Positions 40,746-50,706 of a stretch of DNA of 64,000 nt are shown piece by piece. The stretch's first letter is position 1. Each line of letters opens with the position of its first letter. Made by a program: the position numbers and the translations under genes. The notes under the pieces were generated by a model. The model saw only the letters and a program-made list of their open reading frames with translations, was not told the DNA's origin and searched no databases. Source of the DNA: an uncultured Actinomycetota bacterium (lineage in GTDB: Bacteria; Actinomycetota; Actinomycetes; Streptosporangiales; Streptosporangiaceae). Location: the NCBI GenBank assembly GCA_963805715.1, contig CAWDVK010000013.1, positions 80,352 through 144,351 on the forward strand, in the 5' to 3' direction.

Positions 40746-42659
40746 TTGAACAGGCACGTCAACCCGTTACAGGTAATAGGCTCGTCCGACACTCACGATC
40801 CAGGCTTGCCAGGGAGTGCGAGCCAGGCCGAGGCCGAATATGTTGCGCGGGCTGGCGAACCTCCTGGCAACCATCCAGTAGCGGATGCCACTGAGACGGC
40901 CCCCATCGTTTGCGCCTTCACTGAGGATCGGAGTGCCACCGGGCACACAGGCCTTCCTCCCGCAGCTGAGACCACCCGATCTGGCCAGGCTGATACCCGC
41001 CACGACCTGAGCCATGCTGTCGTCAGCCAGGTGAATTCTCGTCGGTCACACGTTGCCAACGTCCGCTCTGCAGATTCACCCGAGACGATCGCCCGCGCTT
41101 CCGATGAGTTACAGCAATGCGGGCTGACTGCGGCGATCAGTCTCGCAAAGGCCACTGATGCAACCGCGCAGTTTCCCGCAGTCACGGCGCCGCACCAGCA
41201 TCGCCGCGAGGCCCGCGCCGTCGGCACTGTACCGGGCCCGCCGGCCATGCCAGCCCAGCCGGCCACGTCAGCCCGGCCGGCCACGTCAGCGCTGCGGGCC
41301 GCCGATACGCCGGCGCTGCCAAGAGCCCGCTGGAGGCACGGGCTGCTCGTGGCCTGCAGCGTCATCCTCGGCCTGGTGGTCATAGACGTGGCCCTTGGCA
41401 TCCATGCCGTGCACGGCAGGGCCGGAGGCGTCCGCATCGTCGCTGGCTGGCCTGGGATGAGATACCTCATCTACGCGGTGTGGCTCGTGCCCCTCGGCGA
41501 GCTGGCGCTCCTGGCTGCCGGGCAGCTTTTCTATCGGTACCGCTTCCGCACCGCCGCGCCGGGAAAGTTCCGCCATCTGGTCATCCAGATAACCACGACG
41601 GGCAAAGAGGAACGGCGGGTCAACGAGATCATCGGGCAGCTCCGCGGCTACCAGCTGCAGATGAGCCACGAGATCTGGGTCGTCACCGAGCCCGGCCAAG
41701 GCGATCGTTACCCGCGAGCGGACCGGGTGATCATCGTCCCCGCCGGATTCACCGTAAGCTCCGAACGCAAGGCTCGCGCCCTGGAGTTCTCCCGCCGGGC
41801 CCGGGTGGACCGGGGGCTGGACAGCCCGGAAGTCAAGATCCTCTTCAATGATGACGACGTGGCACCGACCAGCGGCTACATCGAGAAGGCCTTCGCCGCG
41901 GACTACGACATCTGCGAGGGCGTCACGGCGCCCCGGGCCGAGTACGCTATTAGGCCGCTGGGTCATTTCCTCGCCAGCCACGCCGACGACATGCGTACCC
42001 ATGCGTGCCTGGTCTACTGCTCGGTATTCCAGGGCATCCTCGGCCGCCCCCTGCACGTGCACGGGGAGGGGCTCACGGTGACCGGCGAGGCTGAGGGCCG
42101 TGTCACCTGGGACTGGCCGGCCTTTGCCTCCGAGGATCTCGTCTTCGGGCAGAAGGCGGTCAGGGAGGGACTGCGGTGGGGCTGGTTCCACGAGTACGTG
42201 GAGCTGACGTCCCCGTGGACCTTGCGGGATTTCGTCACCCAGCGCCGGAGGTGGCTCTGGGGGGACATCCACGGCGTCATGCACCGGGAGGTGCTCTCGC
42301 TCCCGGGTGCGATCGTGGTCGTGGCCAAGTACCTGGTGGGCCTGGTCACCGTGGTGTTTTCGCTGACCGGCCTGTACATGAAGCTGACCGGCGAGCTGCC
42401 GGTGGCCTCGCCCGTGTACGACGTGTCGAAACTGGCGATCCTCTCCTGGCTTGCGGTGTTCTTCGCCTGCGGGTGGATCGGCGCCAGCTCACGGGTCTCC
42501 GCGAGGAATGATGATTCCAGGCTGCTCAACGCCGCGGCCGCCTCGGTCATGGTGCCGGTGAGCTCGCTCCTGACGCTGGCGGGGATCTTCGTGGCCCTGG
42601 CCCAGGGCAACCCACGCACTTTCCAGGTGATCAGGAAGACCCGCAGCGGGGCATCATGA
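40746..42659 (+). CDS. GT2 processive-synthase-like membrane glycosyltransferase (CesA/CslA/NodC/HAS class)
   Basis: DDD, SED and QRRRW (Q-x-x-R-W) motifs with flanking TM helices. The roughly 170-aa Ala/Pro/Thr-rich N-terminal extension may be untranslated; an alternative start lies near 41240. Confidence 0.75.
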   Translation: MNRHVNPLQVIGSSDTHDPGLPGSASQAEAEYVARAGEPPGNHPVADATETAPIVCAFTEDRSATGHTGLPPAAETTRSGQADTRHDLSHAVVSQVNSRRSHVANVRSADSPETIARASDELQQCGLTAAISLAKATDATAQFPAVTAPHQHRREARAVGTVPGPPAMPAQPATSARPATSALRAADTPALPRARWRHGLLVACSVILGLVVIDVALGIHAVHGRAGGVRIVAGWPGMRYLIYAVWLVPLGELALLAAGQLFYRYRFRTAAPGKFRHLVIQITTTGKEERRVNEIIGQLRGYQLQMSHEIWVVTEPGQGDRYPRADRVIIVPAGFTVSSERKARALEFSRRARVDRGLDSPEVKILFNDDDVAPTSGYIEKAFAADYDICEGVTAPRAEYAIRPLGHFLASHADDMRTHACLVYCSVFQGILGRPLHVHGEGLTVTGEAEGRVTWDWPAFASEDLVFGQKAVREGLRWGWFHEYVELTSPWTLRDFVTQRRRWLWGDIHGVMHREVLSLPGAIVVVAKYLVGLVTVVFSLTGLYMKLTGELPVASPVYDVSKLAILSWLAVFFACGWIGASSRVSARNDDSRLLNAAAASVMVPVSSLLTLAGIFVALAQGNPRTFQVIRKTRSGAS

Positions 42660-43723
42660 CGAGGCGCCGTCTCCTGTTGCTGGGAAGCCTGCTTGCCGCC
42701 GGGACCGTAGGCGGCTGCTCAGGTGTCTCGCACCTGGGATTCTTCCAGCCACCCTCACCGCCGGCCGCGGCAGCCGCGGCGATCGGCCGCGCGCCGCACC
42801 GGCAGCTCGGGATCGATGTCGACTTCTACCTTTCCCCTGGCATGAACGTCCCCTCCGTGGCCAGGACGGATGTGGCATATGTGAGGAGCCTGCACGCTAA
42901 CTCGCTGTCGATCTCGTTCCCGTTCTTCATGGACGGTCCAAGCTCCTCCGGGGTGCGGGCAGGGAGCCAGACACCGTCTCCGGCTACGCTCGCGGTCCTC
43001 GTCAGGACCGCCGAATCAGCCGGCCTGTACGTCTCCGTGCGTCCCCTGCTGGACGAGCACAACCTGGGAATCTCCCGCGTCTACTGGAAGCCCGCAGACC
43101 CGGCCACCTGGTTTGCTAGCTACCGGCGGTTTCTGCTGCCCTACGCGGAAATGGCGCAACAGGCCCATGTCCCGGTTCTGGTCACCGGCGTCGAGTTCAG
43201 CCAGTTCAGCAGGTCGCCGAGGTGGACGCAGCTGGGTTCCGCGCTGCGCCGGGTATTCAGGGGAACACTGTCCTACTCGAATTACTGGGGCTATGCGGGC
43301 CGCCGGAATGTCAGCAGCAGCGGGGTCGTACAGACCGTGGATGCCTACAAGCCGGTGCTGCAGCCCGATGGCACCGCCAGCGTCGCCCAGCTGACTGCAG
43401 CCTGGGACGCATACGCCGCGAGCCTGCCGAGCGGCATCGTGCTGTCCGAGGTCGGCATTGCAGCGCAGCCTGGGGCATACGCGCAGCCCTACCAAATTGT
43501 CTGGCCAGGGGAACCAGTGGTCCCGTCCGTCCAGGGCCACTGGTTCACCGCGGCCTGCCACGCCGTCACCGCTGAGCACCTGGGCGGCATCTACTTCTGG
43601 TCACTGAACTTCGGGCAGCAGCTCACCGTTCCCCCAGGGCGGGCCGATCCCGCGTCGTTCACCGATAGCCGCGGCGCGGCCGCGATCTCCGCCTGCTTCA
43701 AGCGGCTGGGCAGCGAGCACTGA
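42656..43723 (+). CDS. Lipoprotein with putative glycoside-hydrolase (TIM-barrel) fold
   Basis: Signal peptide plus lipobox (LLLLGSLLAAGTVGGC). Start overlaps the GT2 stop (ATGA). The hydrolase-fold assignment is tentative. Confidence 0.55.
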   Translation: MTRRRLLLLGSLLAAGTVGGCSGVSHLGFFQPPSPPAAAAAAIGRAPHRQLGIDVDFYLSPGMNVPSVARTDVAYVRSLHANSLSISFPFFMDGPSSSGVRAGSQTPSPATLAVLVRTAESAGLYVSVRPLLDEHNLGISRVYWKPADPATWFASYRRFLLPYAEMAQQAHVPVLVTGVEFSQFSRSPRWTQLGSALRRVFRGTLSYSNYWGYAGRRNVSSSGVVQTVDAYKPVLQPDGTASVAQLTAAWDAYAASLPSGIVLSEVGIAAQPGAYAQPYQIVWPGEPVVPSVQGHWFTAACHAVTAEHLGGIYFWSLNFGQQLTVPPGRADPASFTDSRGAAAISACFKRLGSEH

Positions 43724-43724
43724 T

Positions 43725-45413
43725 ATGGCGACCTTGACCACCGTCACCTCCCGACGGGCCCGCCACAGTGCGGCCCTGGGCGCACAGCACGAGTTCCCGC
43801 GAGCACTCCTCTGGGCGCCACTCGCCGCGGTCCTCATCACCCAGGCGATCCTGTCGGCACGGCTGATCCACGTCAGCGTCGCCTCAGGGGACGAGAGCCT
43901 CTACATTTACAGCGGCCACCAGCTCATCCACGAGCTGTGGCACGGCGGCGGCACCCCCTATTACGAGACCTACTTCTCCGGCGCCCCCGACCTTTACCCG
44001 GTCCTGGCCGGCATTGCCGACCACCTCGGCGGCCTGGCAGCCGTGCGCCTGATGAGCCTCGCCTGCATGCTGACCGCCACCGGGCTGCTATATGCGACCG
44101 CGGACCGCATCTTCGGCTACTGGCCAGCCGTCACCGCCGCCGCCCTGTTTGCCTCACTCGGCGTCACCCAGTTCCTCGGCGCGTACGCCACCTTCGACGC
44201 GATGGCCCTCATGCTGATGGCCGCCGCCACCTACTGCGCGCTTCGAGCTGCAGAGGACCGCGAAGGTGCCGCACGGTGGCTGCTGGTCATCCCGGCCGTG
44301 CTTCTCACAGCCAACGCCATAAAGTACGCCTCGGCCCTGTTCGACCCTGTCGTTATCGGCCTGGGCGCTCTGATGATCCGCGATAACGGCTGGAAGCGCG
44401 CAGCCCAGCGGGCGGTTGCGCTATCCGGCACCACGCTGCTGCTGCTGGTCGTCGCGGTTTTCCTGGCCGGGAGCGGCTATCTCAAGGGCATCCTGGAGAC
44501 AACCCTGACCCGGCAGAGCGGGAGCGTCGGCCCACTGGTCGGGCTGACCTCCTCAACCCCAGGCCAGATCATCTCCCACTCCTGGAACTGGATCGGCCTC
44601 GTCATCTGCCTGGGCGTGCTGGCCCTGCTGACGGCCGTACCGCTGCGTCGCGAGCGGCGGCACCTCGTTGTGCTCCTGCTGCTTGACGTGGCCGGGATCC
44701 TGGTGACGCTGGAGTACCTGCGCCTGGACACGCTCATCTCGGCGGAGAAACATGACGATTTCGGCGCCTGGTTCACGTGCATAGCCGGCGGTTACGCCCT
44801 GGCCCGGGGCGCGGAACTCGTCCGCCGCTGGTATGCCAGGATCCCGTTCATCATCGTGGCCGCGTCAGCGACCGGGGCCGCAGTGTTCCTCTACCTGCCG
44901 CAGGCCGCTGGCTTCTTCAGCGGCAACGCTATTGTCCCGCAGGCTCTCGTCCTGCGGCCGTACCTTGCATCGTCTTCACGGCATTACCTGCTGCTGGGCG
45001 GCCAGGAGCCCATGGCCATCCCCTACTACCTGCACCTGAACATCCCATGGCAGAACCTCACCGATGACAACTACATCAAGTACCCGGTGCCCGGGCGGCG
45101 TGGCACCTACATGGAAGGCGTACCGGGCTTCGAGGCCGCGATCCACCATCGTTACTTTGCGGTGGTGAGCTTCCCCGCGGCCGCGCTGAACACCTCCTGG
45201 GATCAGATGGAACTCCGGACTGTGCGGTCAACTCCCGGCTACAAACTTGTCTCGACCGTCGGCGGCCCGACCTATATCTACCCTCCTGACTTCTCCGCGT
45301 CGGCCAGCCGCCGGCGGATGTCGACGGCCTCCCGGGCCGGGTCGAGGGCCGCGCGCTTGTCGCCGACCTCGCCCAGCGACACGCCTAGGGCTCCTTGGGG
45401 TCGAGGACTTTGA
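43725..45413 (+). CDS. GT-C superfamily membrane glycosyltransferase (ArnT/PMT-like)
   Basis: About 11 TM helices with a DE motif in the first periplasmic loop (SGDESLYIYSGHQ). Starts 2 bp after the lipoprotein gene. The 3' end runs into a duplicated repeat, so the true stop may lie earlier. Confidence 0.55.
   Translation: MATLTTVTSRRARHSAALGAQHEFPRALLWAPLAAVLITQAILSARLIHVSVASGDESLYIYSGHQLIHELWHGGGTPYYETYFSGAPDLYPVLAGIADHLGGLAAVRLMSLACMLTATGLLYATADRIFGYWPAVTAAALFASLGVTQFLGAYATFDAMALMLMAAATYCALRAAEDREGAARWLLVIPAVLLTANAIKYASALFDPVVIGLGALMIRDNGWKRAAQRAVALSGTTLLLLVVAVFLAGSGYLKGILETTLTRQSGSVGPLVGLTSSTPGQIISHSWNWIGLVICLGVLALLTAVPLRRERRHLVVLLLLDVAGILVTLEYLRLDTLISAEKHDDFGAWFTCIAGGYALARGAELVRRWYARIPFIIVAASATGAAVFLYLPQAAGFFSGNAIVPQALVLRPYLASSSRHYLLLGGQEPMAIPYYLHLNIPWQNLTDDNYIKYPVPGRRGTYMEGVPGFEAAIHHRYFAVVSFPAAALNTSWDQMELRTVRSTPGYKLVSTVGGPTYIYPPDFSASASRRRMSTASRAGSRAARLSPTSPSDTPRAPWGRGL
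45305..45371. repeat. 67-bp direct repeat, copy 1
   Basis: Nearly identical (2 mismatches) to 45555..45621. Encodes an AVDIRRRLA TPR-like peptide on the minus strand. Confidence 0.75.
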
Positions 45414-45464
45414 CACTTGAACTGAGTTCTCAAACGGACGTAGCGTTGATATGGCCCGCTCCAC

Positions 45465-46223
45465 TCATTGCAGGCAGAGCCCTGACCAGCCACTTTGGGG
45501 TGGCACAACCGACGCGAGGACCGGTCGGACTAGGCGCAGCGGGCTGGCGGCGGTCAGCCGCCGGCGGATGTCGACGGCCTCCCGGGCCGGGTCGAGGGCC
45601 GCGCGATTGTCCCCGACCTCGGACAGCCGGACACCGAGGATGTTCAGGCGGCTGGCGCGTTGTGCGGCAGGTGCGTCAGGGGGGAGCGTGTCGAGGAGGT
45701 GCTGGGCGAGGTCACGAGCCGGGCGCAGAAGCTCGGTGCTGTAGCGGGGCAGTGCGCCCTCCACGACGGCGGCCAGCGCCGGGCTGGCATGGTCTATGAC
45801 CACGCGCAGGACCGGCGGGGTGGCGTGGGTGGCGAGCTGAGCCCGGGCACCCAGCAGATCGAACAGTACCGAGCGCACGGCTGGATACCGGGCGGCGGCA
45901 GCGAGCATGATCAGGCACTGACGGGCCGCCGCAGGCCCGGTCTCACCATCGGACAGCAGCTCACCGAGGAGTTCCGCGGTCCGGGGCTGGGCGAGGTGGG
46001 CGGCGATGAAGTCCTCGGCGAATCGGTCGGGCGTCAGCGGAGGCAGCACGCGCTCGGCGTGCGGCTCGGTGCGGGCCGGGTAGAGCCGGTCGTGAGCGGC
46101 CAGCAATCGGTCGGCTGCTGCGTCCCCATCAGCAAGGTGTGCGCGACACAGCCAGGACCGAGCCTCGGAAGAGCAGGACACGGGTCCGAACAGGCTCGCC
46201 ACGAACACCACCCGCTCCAGCAC
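45465..46223 (-). pseudogene. NB-ARC/TPR-type regulator helical-region fragment, with a duplicated TPR-like tail at 45228..45508
   Basis: Contains LSEVGDNRAALDPAREAVDIRRRLTAA; a duplicated ORF carries LGEVGDKRAALDPAREAVDIRRRLADA. There is no ATPase domain. Confidence 0.4.
45555..45621. repeat. 67-bp direct repeat, copy 2
   Basis: See copy 1. The period is 250 bp. Confidence 0.75.
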
Positions 46224-46344
46224 ACCCGGACCCAGTTCTGCGGACCGCCAGAGCGCCGCTCATGTTCCAGCAGGAACGCTGACAGCTCGTCACGGCCTGG
46301 TACAGGCATGTCGTCATGCCCGGCGCACACTGCGGCTAACGCGG

Positions 46345-46752
46345 TCATATGCACCGTGAGCGGCGAACACCTGGCCGAGCTGCTCCTGGTATGCAGTTCA
46401 TGCGTCTGCACGTGCTCAAAGGCGCCCGGTCGCAGGCAAGTTCCTCCGCTGCATTCATGAGCAGCGTCGCGACGCCGAGTCGGCGGAATGGCCCGGCAAC
46501 GGCGATCTGGTGGACCAGCGGGATGCCGCGGTCCCTGAATCCGGCGTAGTTCGATCGCCACCGGATCGTGACGACGCCGATGACAGTGTGATCCCGCACG
46601 GCGATGAGGCTGGCTCCGCCGCCAGCCGCGTGGTCGGCCAGGTGCTCGCGGGCAGCGGGCTCACCGTCACTGACCCATTCGATAAGGAACTGAACCGTGC
46701 GCTCAAGATTGCCCTCGCCGACCGGCTCGATGATCACATCCGGAACGCTCAT
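46345..46752 (-). CDS. GNAT family N-acetyltransferase
   Basis: Motif A QIAVAGPFRRLGVATLLMNAAEEL. Internal start MSVPDVII. The IS110 element begins immediately upstream. Confidence 0.6.
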   Translation of the reverse strand: MSVPDVIIEPVGEGNLERTVQFLIEWVSDGEPAAREHLADHAAGGGASLIAVRDHTVIGVVTIRWRSNYAGFRDRGIPLVHQIAVAGPFRRLGVATLLMNAAEELACDRAPLSTCRRMNCIPGAARPGVRRSRCI

Positions 46753-47015
46753 GGCACAAGACTGACACGACCCACCGCGCACTCTCGTAGCCGCTGTGAA
46801 TCGATCCGGCGTTTCCGGAGGCTCTGACACGCCGGAGCGATTTGCTGGTCGGCTGTTGATGCGAGGAGGCGGGACATCCGCACCGCGTTCTCCATAGCAT
46901 CCCTGCGGGCGCCTGGACGGACTGCCTATCTCGTTTGTCGGTGCTCCTGCGTGTGCTCTGGGCAGGCGGGTGATGCTCCGGGTGAAAGTACGAGCTCGGG
47001 AAAGGAGGCCCGGCA

Positions 47016-48040
47016 ATGTCTGTTTACGTCGGAATCGATGTGCACCGCAAGCGGTCCCGGGTGGCGGTGGTCGCCGGGGACGGGAAGGTGCAGCTGAACC
47101 GCAATGTGGTGAACGGCCAGGAGCCGATCCTCAGGCTGATCGGCGGATTGCCGACGGGCACGCCGGTGGCGTTCGAGGCCGCTTACGGCTGGGGCTGGCT
47201 GGTGGCGCTGCTGGAGGACTACGGGTTCGACCCGCACCTGGTACACCCATTGCGGTGCAAGGCGATCGCCTCAGCCCGGCTGAAGAACGACAAGGTCGAC
47301 GCCGCGATCCTGGCCCAGCTGCTGCGCGCGGACCTGCTGCCCGAGGCGTGGATCGCCCCTGCGCCGGTCCGCCAGCTCCGGGCGCAGCTGCGGCACCGGG
47401 CCAGCCTGGTCCGGCTCGGCACCCAGCTGCGGAACCGGATCCACGCGGTGGCGGCCGATTTCGGCTACGACCGGACCGGCAGCTACTGGACCGGGCCCGG
47501 CCGCGGCTGGCTCGCCGAGCTGGACCTGCCCCCGGTGTCACGGGAGATCGTCACCGACTGCCTGGCGTCCATCGACGCCCTCGCGCCGGTGATCGAGCGG
47601 CTCGACGGCGAGCTGCACCAGCGTGCGAAAGCAGACCCGCGGGTCAAGGTGCTCAGGACGCTGCCGGGCGTCGGCGAGTTCACTGCTCTGGTCATGCTGG
47701 CCGAGATCGGTGACATCACCCGCTTCTCCAGCGCCCGCAAGCTGGCCAGCTGGGCCGGGCTGACCCCGACGGTCCGCGGCTCTGACCTGACCGTCCGGCA
47801 CGGGCACATCTGGAAAGCAGGGCTCGGCGTGGCTGCGGTGGGTCCTGAACCAGGCGGCGCAGACCGCCAGGCGCTCCCCGCAGTTCGCCGGCACTTACGC
47901 CGCCATCGCTAAGCGCCGCGGTAAGAAGATCGCCACCATCGCGGTCGCCCGCAAGCTGCTCACCCGCGCCTGCCACCTGCTCGCCGAACAGGCCGCCGGG
48001 ACACCCGGCACCACGACACCACATACCAGCGCGGCAGCCT
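47016..48040 (+). mobile_element. IS110-family insertion sequence transposase, frameshifted near the C-terminus
   Basis: N-terminal DEDD domain (MSVYVGIDVHRKRSRVAVV) and a C-terminal domain. The frame breaks at atctggaaagcagg (AAA where AA is expected); the conserved tail (LRWVLNQAAQTARRSPQFAGTYAAIAKRRGKKIATIAVARKLL) reads in the +1 frame through about 48040. Confidence 0.8.
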
Positions 48041-48582
48041 GAACACCAGGATGCCCCCGCAGACCAGGAGGGTCACCACCCCCGGGCGCGCTCGCTCCTG
48101 CGGCATGAGCCGGCCACCAGGCCGCGCTCGATCTTCTGACTGAGCAGCCCGGTCCCCGGACACATGGTCATGGTTGTCCCGCCCGCTACATGGCGAGACG
48201 CCGAATGGGTGCTTGCGAGACCACTCCGCCAGCCACGAACCGGGGAACACCAGCGACCCTCCACCCCAGCACGAACGGAACCCTTCCTCGCCCCCAATGA
48301 TCTGTCGCCGCTCGTCGGCGTCCAGCTCGTTCGTCCTCGCCGCTGCGCGGCTGCGGGCGCTGAGCAGGACCCCTCCAACGCGGCAACAAGACCCCGGCAG
48401 CTACGAGGAAGATCCCGAAGAACAGTCAGGCCAGCCCGACGACCGCAACGCACGTCACCGGGTCAAACCGCTACGCCCTCTTGACAACAGTGACCCTCAT
48501 GGGTGCCGCGATCAGGGCGGGTCGGTGTCAGAGGTTCCATGCATGCTGGCGACGACACAGTGCCAGCACCGAGGAGAGACCG

Positions 48583-49017
48583 ATGGCCGTCAGCTTCCAG
48601 CTAGTGATCGACTGCGCTGACCCTGAGCCGCTCGCGCGGTTCTGGGCCGCCGCATTGGGATACGAGCTGGAACCCCCTCCAGATGGCTTCGCCAGCTGGG
48701 ATGCGTACTGGCGAGACGTTGGAGTGCCCGAGGATGAGCTGGGCACTGGCGCGGACTGCATCGTCGATCCCGGCGGGCGGGGGCCGCGGATCTGGTTCCA
48801 GGTAGTACCCGAGCGCAAAGCGGCCAAGAACCGGCTGCACCTCGATATCGGTGTCAGCGGCGGCCGCGCGGTCCGATCGAGACGCGCAGGCAGCGCGTCG
48901 GCGCGCCGTCTGGCCGATCTCGGTGCCGCGCTCGTCGGTGTCCCGAGCACCAAAGGCCTCGACCACTACGCAGTCGCGATGAAAGACCCTGAGGGCAACG
49001 AGTTCGACATCAACTGA
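48583..49017 (+). CDS. VOC/glyoxalase-like family protein
   Basis: Start MAVSFQLVIDCADPEPLARFWAAALGYE with a typical glyoxalase-like fold signature. Confidence 0.6.
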   Translation: MAVSFQLVIDCADPEPLARFWAAALGYELEPPPDGFASWDAYWRDVGVPEDELGTGADCIVDPGGRGPRIWFQVVPERKAAKNRLHLDIGVSGGRAVRSRRAGSASARRLADLGAALVGVPSTKGLDHYAVAMKDPEGNEFDIN

Positions 49018-49153
49018 CGGCCGCCGCCGTCCTGGGCCGCCCGCCTTCTGCCAGCGATCTCGCACCGGCGTTCCCTGGAACGCCCGCTCGTGCCGCCGAT
49101 CGGCAGGACGCTGCGTTAGACAGCGAAGCTCTCTGCCCGGCCGTGGTGCGGGG

Positions 49154-50599
49154 TTACCTGGCGCGGACCGCGGACAGGAACGAGGCGTAGCTCCAGGACA
49201 GGTTGCTGACGCTCTTCTCGTAGCCGGTCGAGGCGTCGAACTGCTCGCTGAGCTCGAGGTGATCGCTGTGGAAGATGATTGCCTGCAGCATCTGGTCGCC
49301 GGCGCTCTGCAGGGCCGCCGCTGCTGCGGCCGGCGTTGTCTGCGCGCCGATTCCGGCCTGGCTGAAGAAGCTGGCGGAGTTGGCGTCGAGGGGAACCGTT
49401 CCGGCGGCGGTGATCGCGCTCGCCAGCCGGTAGCAGAGCTCGGCGAAGTTGGCCGTGGGCACCGCCCAGGGGTGGTCACCCACCTGAGCATCGGTGTCAC
49501 CGTCGTAGAGGTCCCCCGGATAGCGCCCGAGCAGGGGACCGATGCCGCGTTGCTGATCGGGCCCGTTGATCGGGTAGAAGTAGCTCGAGGCCGGGTCGGC
49601 CCACTGGCTGCGCAGCAGCGCGGCGGTCGCCAGCAGCCTGGTATCGGTCACCGGCACGGCGCCGTAGATCGCGGCCATGACGATGTCGATGTTGGGGTCG
49701 TAGGGAGTTTTGTCGGTCGGGACCGGGAGCAGCGACTGGTAGTACTGACCGTTCCAGTGCTCCTGGAGGGCGTTCTGCAGCCAGGGTATGGCGGTGCTGA
49801 GCCACCCCGGGACCGGGATCTCGAGGGTGTTGCCGGTGATCGCCTGGAAACACTGCAGCTGCACGGCGCGGGCGAAGAACGAGGCACCGGTCTCCTCCTC
49901 CCACAGATTGACCGTCTCGCCCTGGTAGGCGCCCTGCAGGAAGTTCAGGTTCGCTGCGATCACGGCGTTCGCCACGGTCTGGGTCGGCGCGTCGAGCTGG
50001 GAGAACAGCTGCAGGATCGCCAGCGTCTGGAGGGCAGGCCCGTCGGTCTGATCGCTCCAGTTCCGCGGCGCGCCGTTGATGAAGAACGACCCGAGATCGA
50101 AGTCGCCGCCCGAGTTCTGGCAGATCTGCGCGAACTGCACGTAGTCGATCAGCGGCTGGCTAGTGGGGACCGTGCCCGCCGCCAGCTCGATCGCCACGAT
50201 CGCCGCGTCGCGCGTCCAGTTGTAGACATAATCCTGGGTCACGTTCGTGGCGCTGTTCTCCCACGACGGTGAGGCGAGCACGCACCCGGGCTGCGACAGG
50301 ACATGCGCGTTCTCCGGGTCCTCGAACACGAATCCGTCCGACGCGACGTTGCGGAACATCAGCCAGAACATGTACGGAGCGATTGCCGTCAGGTTCGACT
50401 GCGCCGCCGCAACCTGCACCTCGCTGTACTGTAATTCGCCCACCGAAGGCCACCCTCTTTTGTCGGCGCGAGCGTAACGCGGGAAGCGCACGGCCACAAG
50501 CGCCGTGTTGGAACCTATCTCCCTTTCCGAACTCCCAGGGGTTGGCAATTCGCCCCCATAGGACTGTCCGGCGATCCGTGTAACTGATCTGGTCGACAC
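49154..50599 (-). CDS. Glycoside hydrolase family 15 (glucoamylase/glucodextranase-like), no signal peptide
   Basis: GCVLASPS, YVYNWTRDAAI and catalytic LWEEE motifs. Confidence 0.75.
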   Translation of the reverse strand: MSTRSVTRIAGQSYGGELPTPGSSEREIGSNTALVAVRFPRYARADKRGWPSVGELQYSEVQVAAAQSNLTAIAPYMFWLMFRNVASDGFVFEDPENAHVLSQPGCVLASPSWENSATNVTQDYVYNWTRDAAIVAIELAAGTVPTSQPLIDYVQFAQICQNSGGDFDLGSFFINGAPRNWSDQTDGPALQTLAILQLFSQLDAPTQTVANAVIAANLNFLQGAYQGETVNLWEEETGASFFARAVQLQCFQAITGNTLEIPVPGWLSTAIPWLQNALQEHWNGQYYQSLLPVPTDKTPYDPNIDIVMAAIYGAVPVTDTRLLATAALLRSQWADPASSYFYPINGPDQQRGIGPLLGRYPGDLYDGDTDAQVGDHPWAVPTANFAELCYRLASAITAAGTVPLDANSASFFSQAGIGAQTTPAAAAAALQSAGDQMLQAIIFHSDHLELSEQFDASTGYEKSVSNLSWSYASFLSAVRAR

Positions 50600-50706
50600 C
50601 CGGAGGTGCTGGCATCATAATTGGCCGAACCGGCCTTCATAACTCAGCCTGTCGCATAAACGGCGCGCCTTGGACCGGTTAGGGCTGGTTTGCGGGACAA
50701 TGGCGT

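Noticed and set aside
40746-41240. First roughly 170 codons of the GT2 ORF as genuine protein sequence
   Set aside because: The Ala/Pro/Thr/Arg-rich low-complexity sequence has no GT2 homology. It is more likely a read-through of GC-rich upstream DNA, with the true start nearer the first TM helix.
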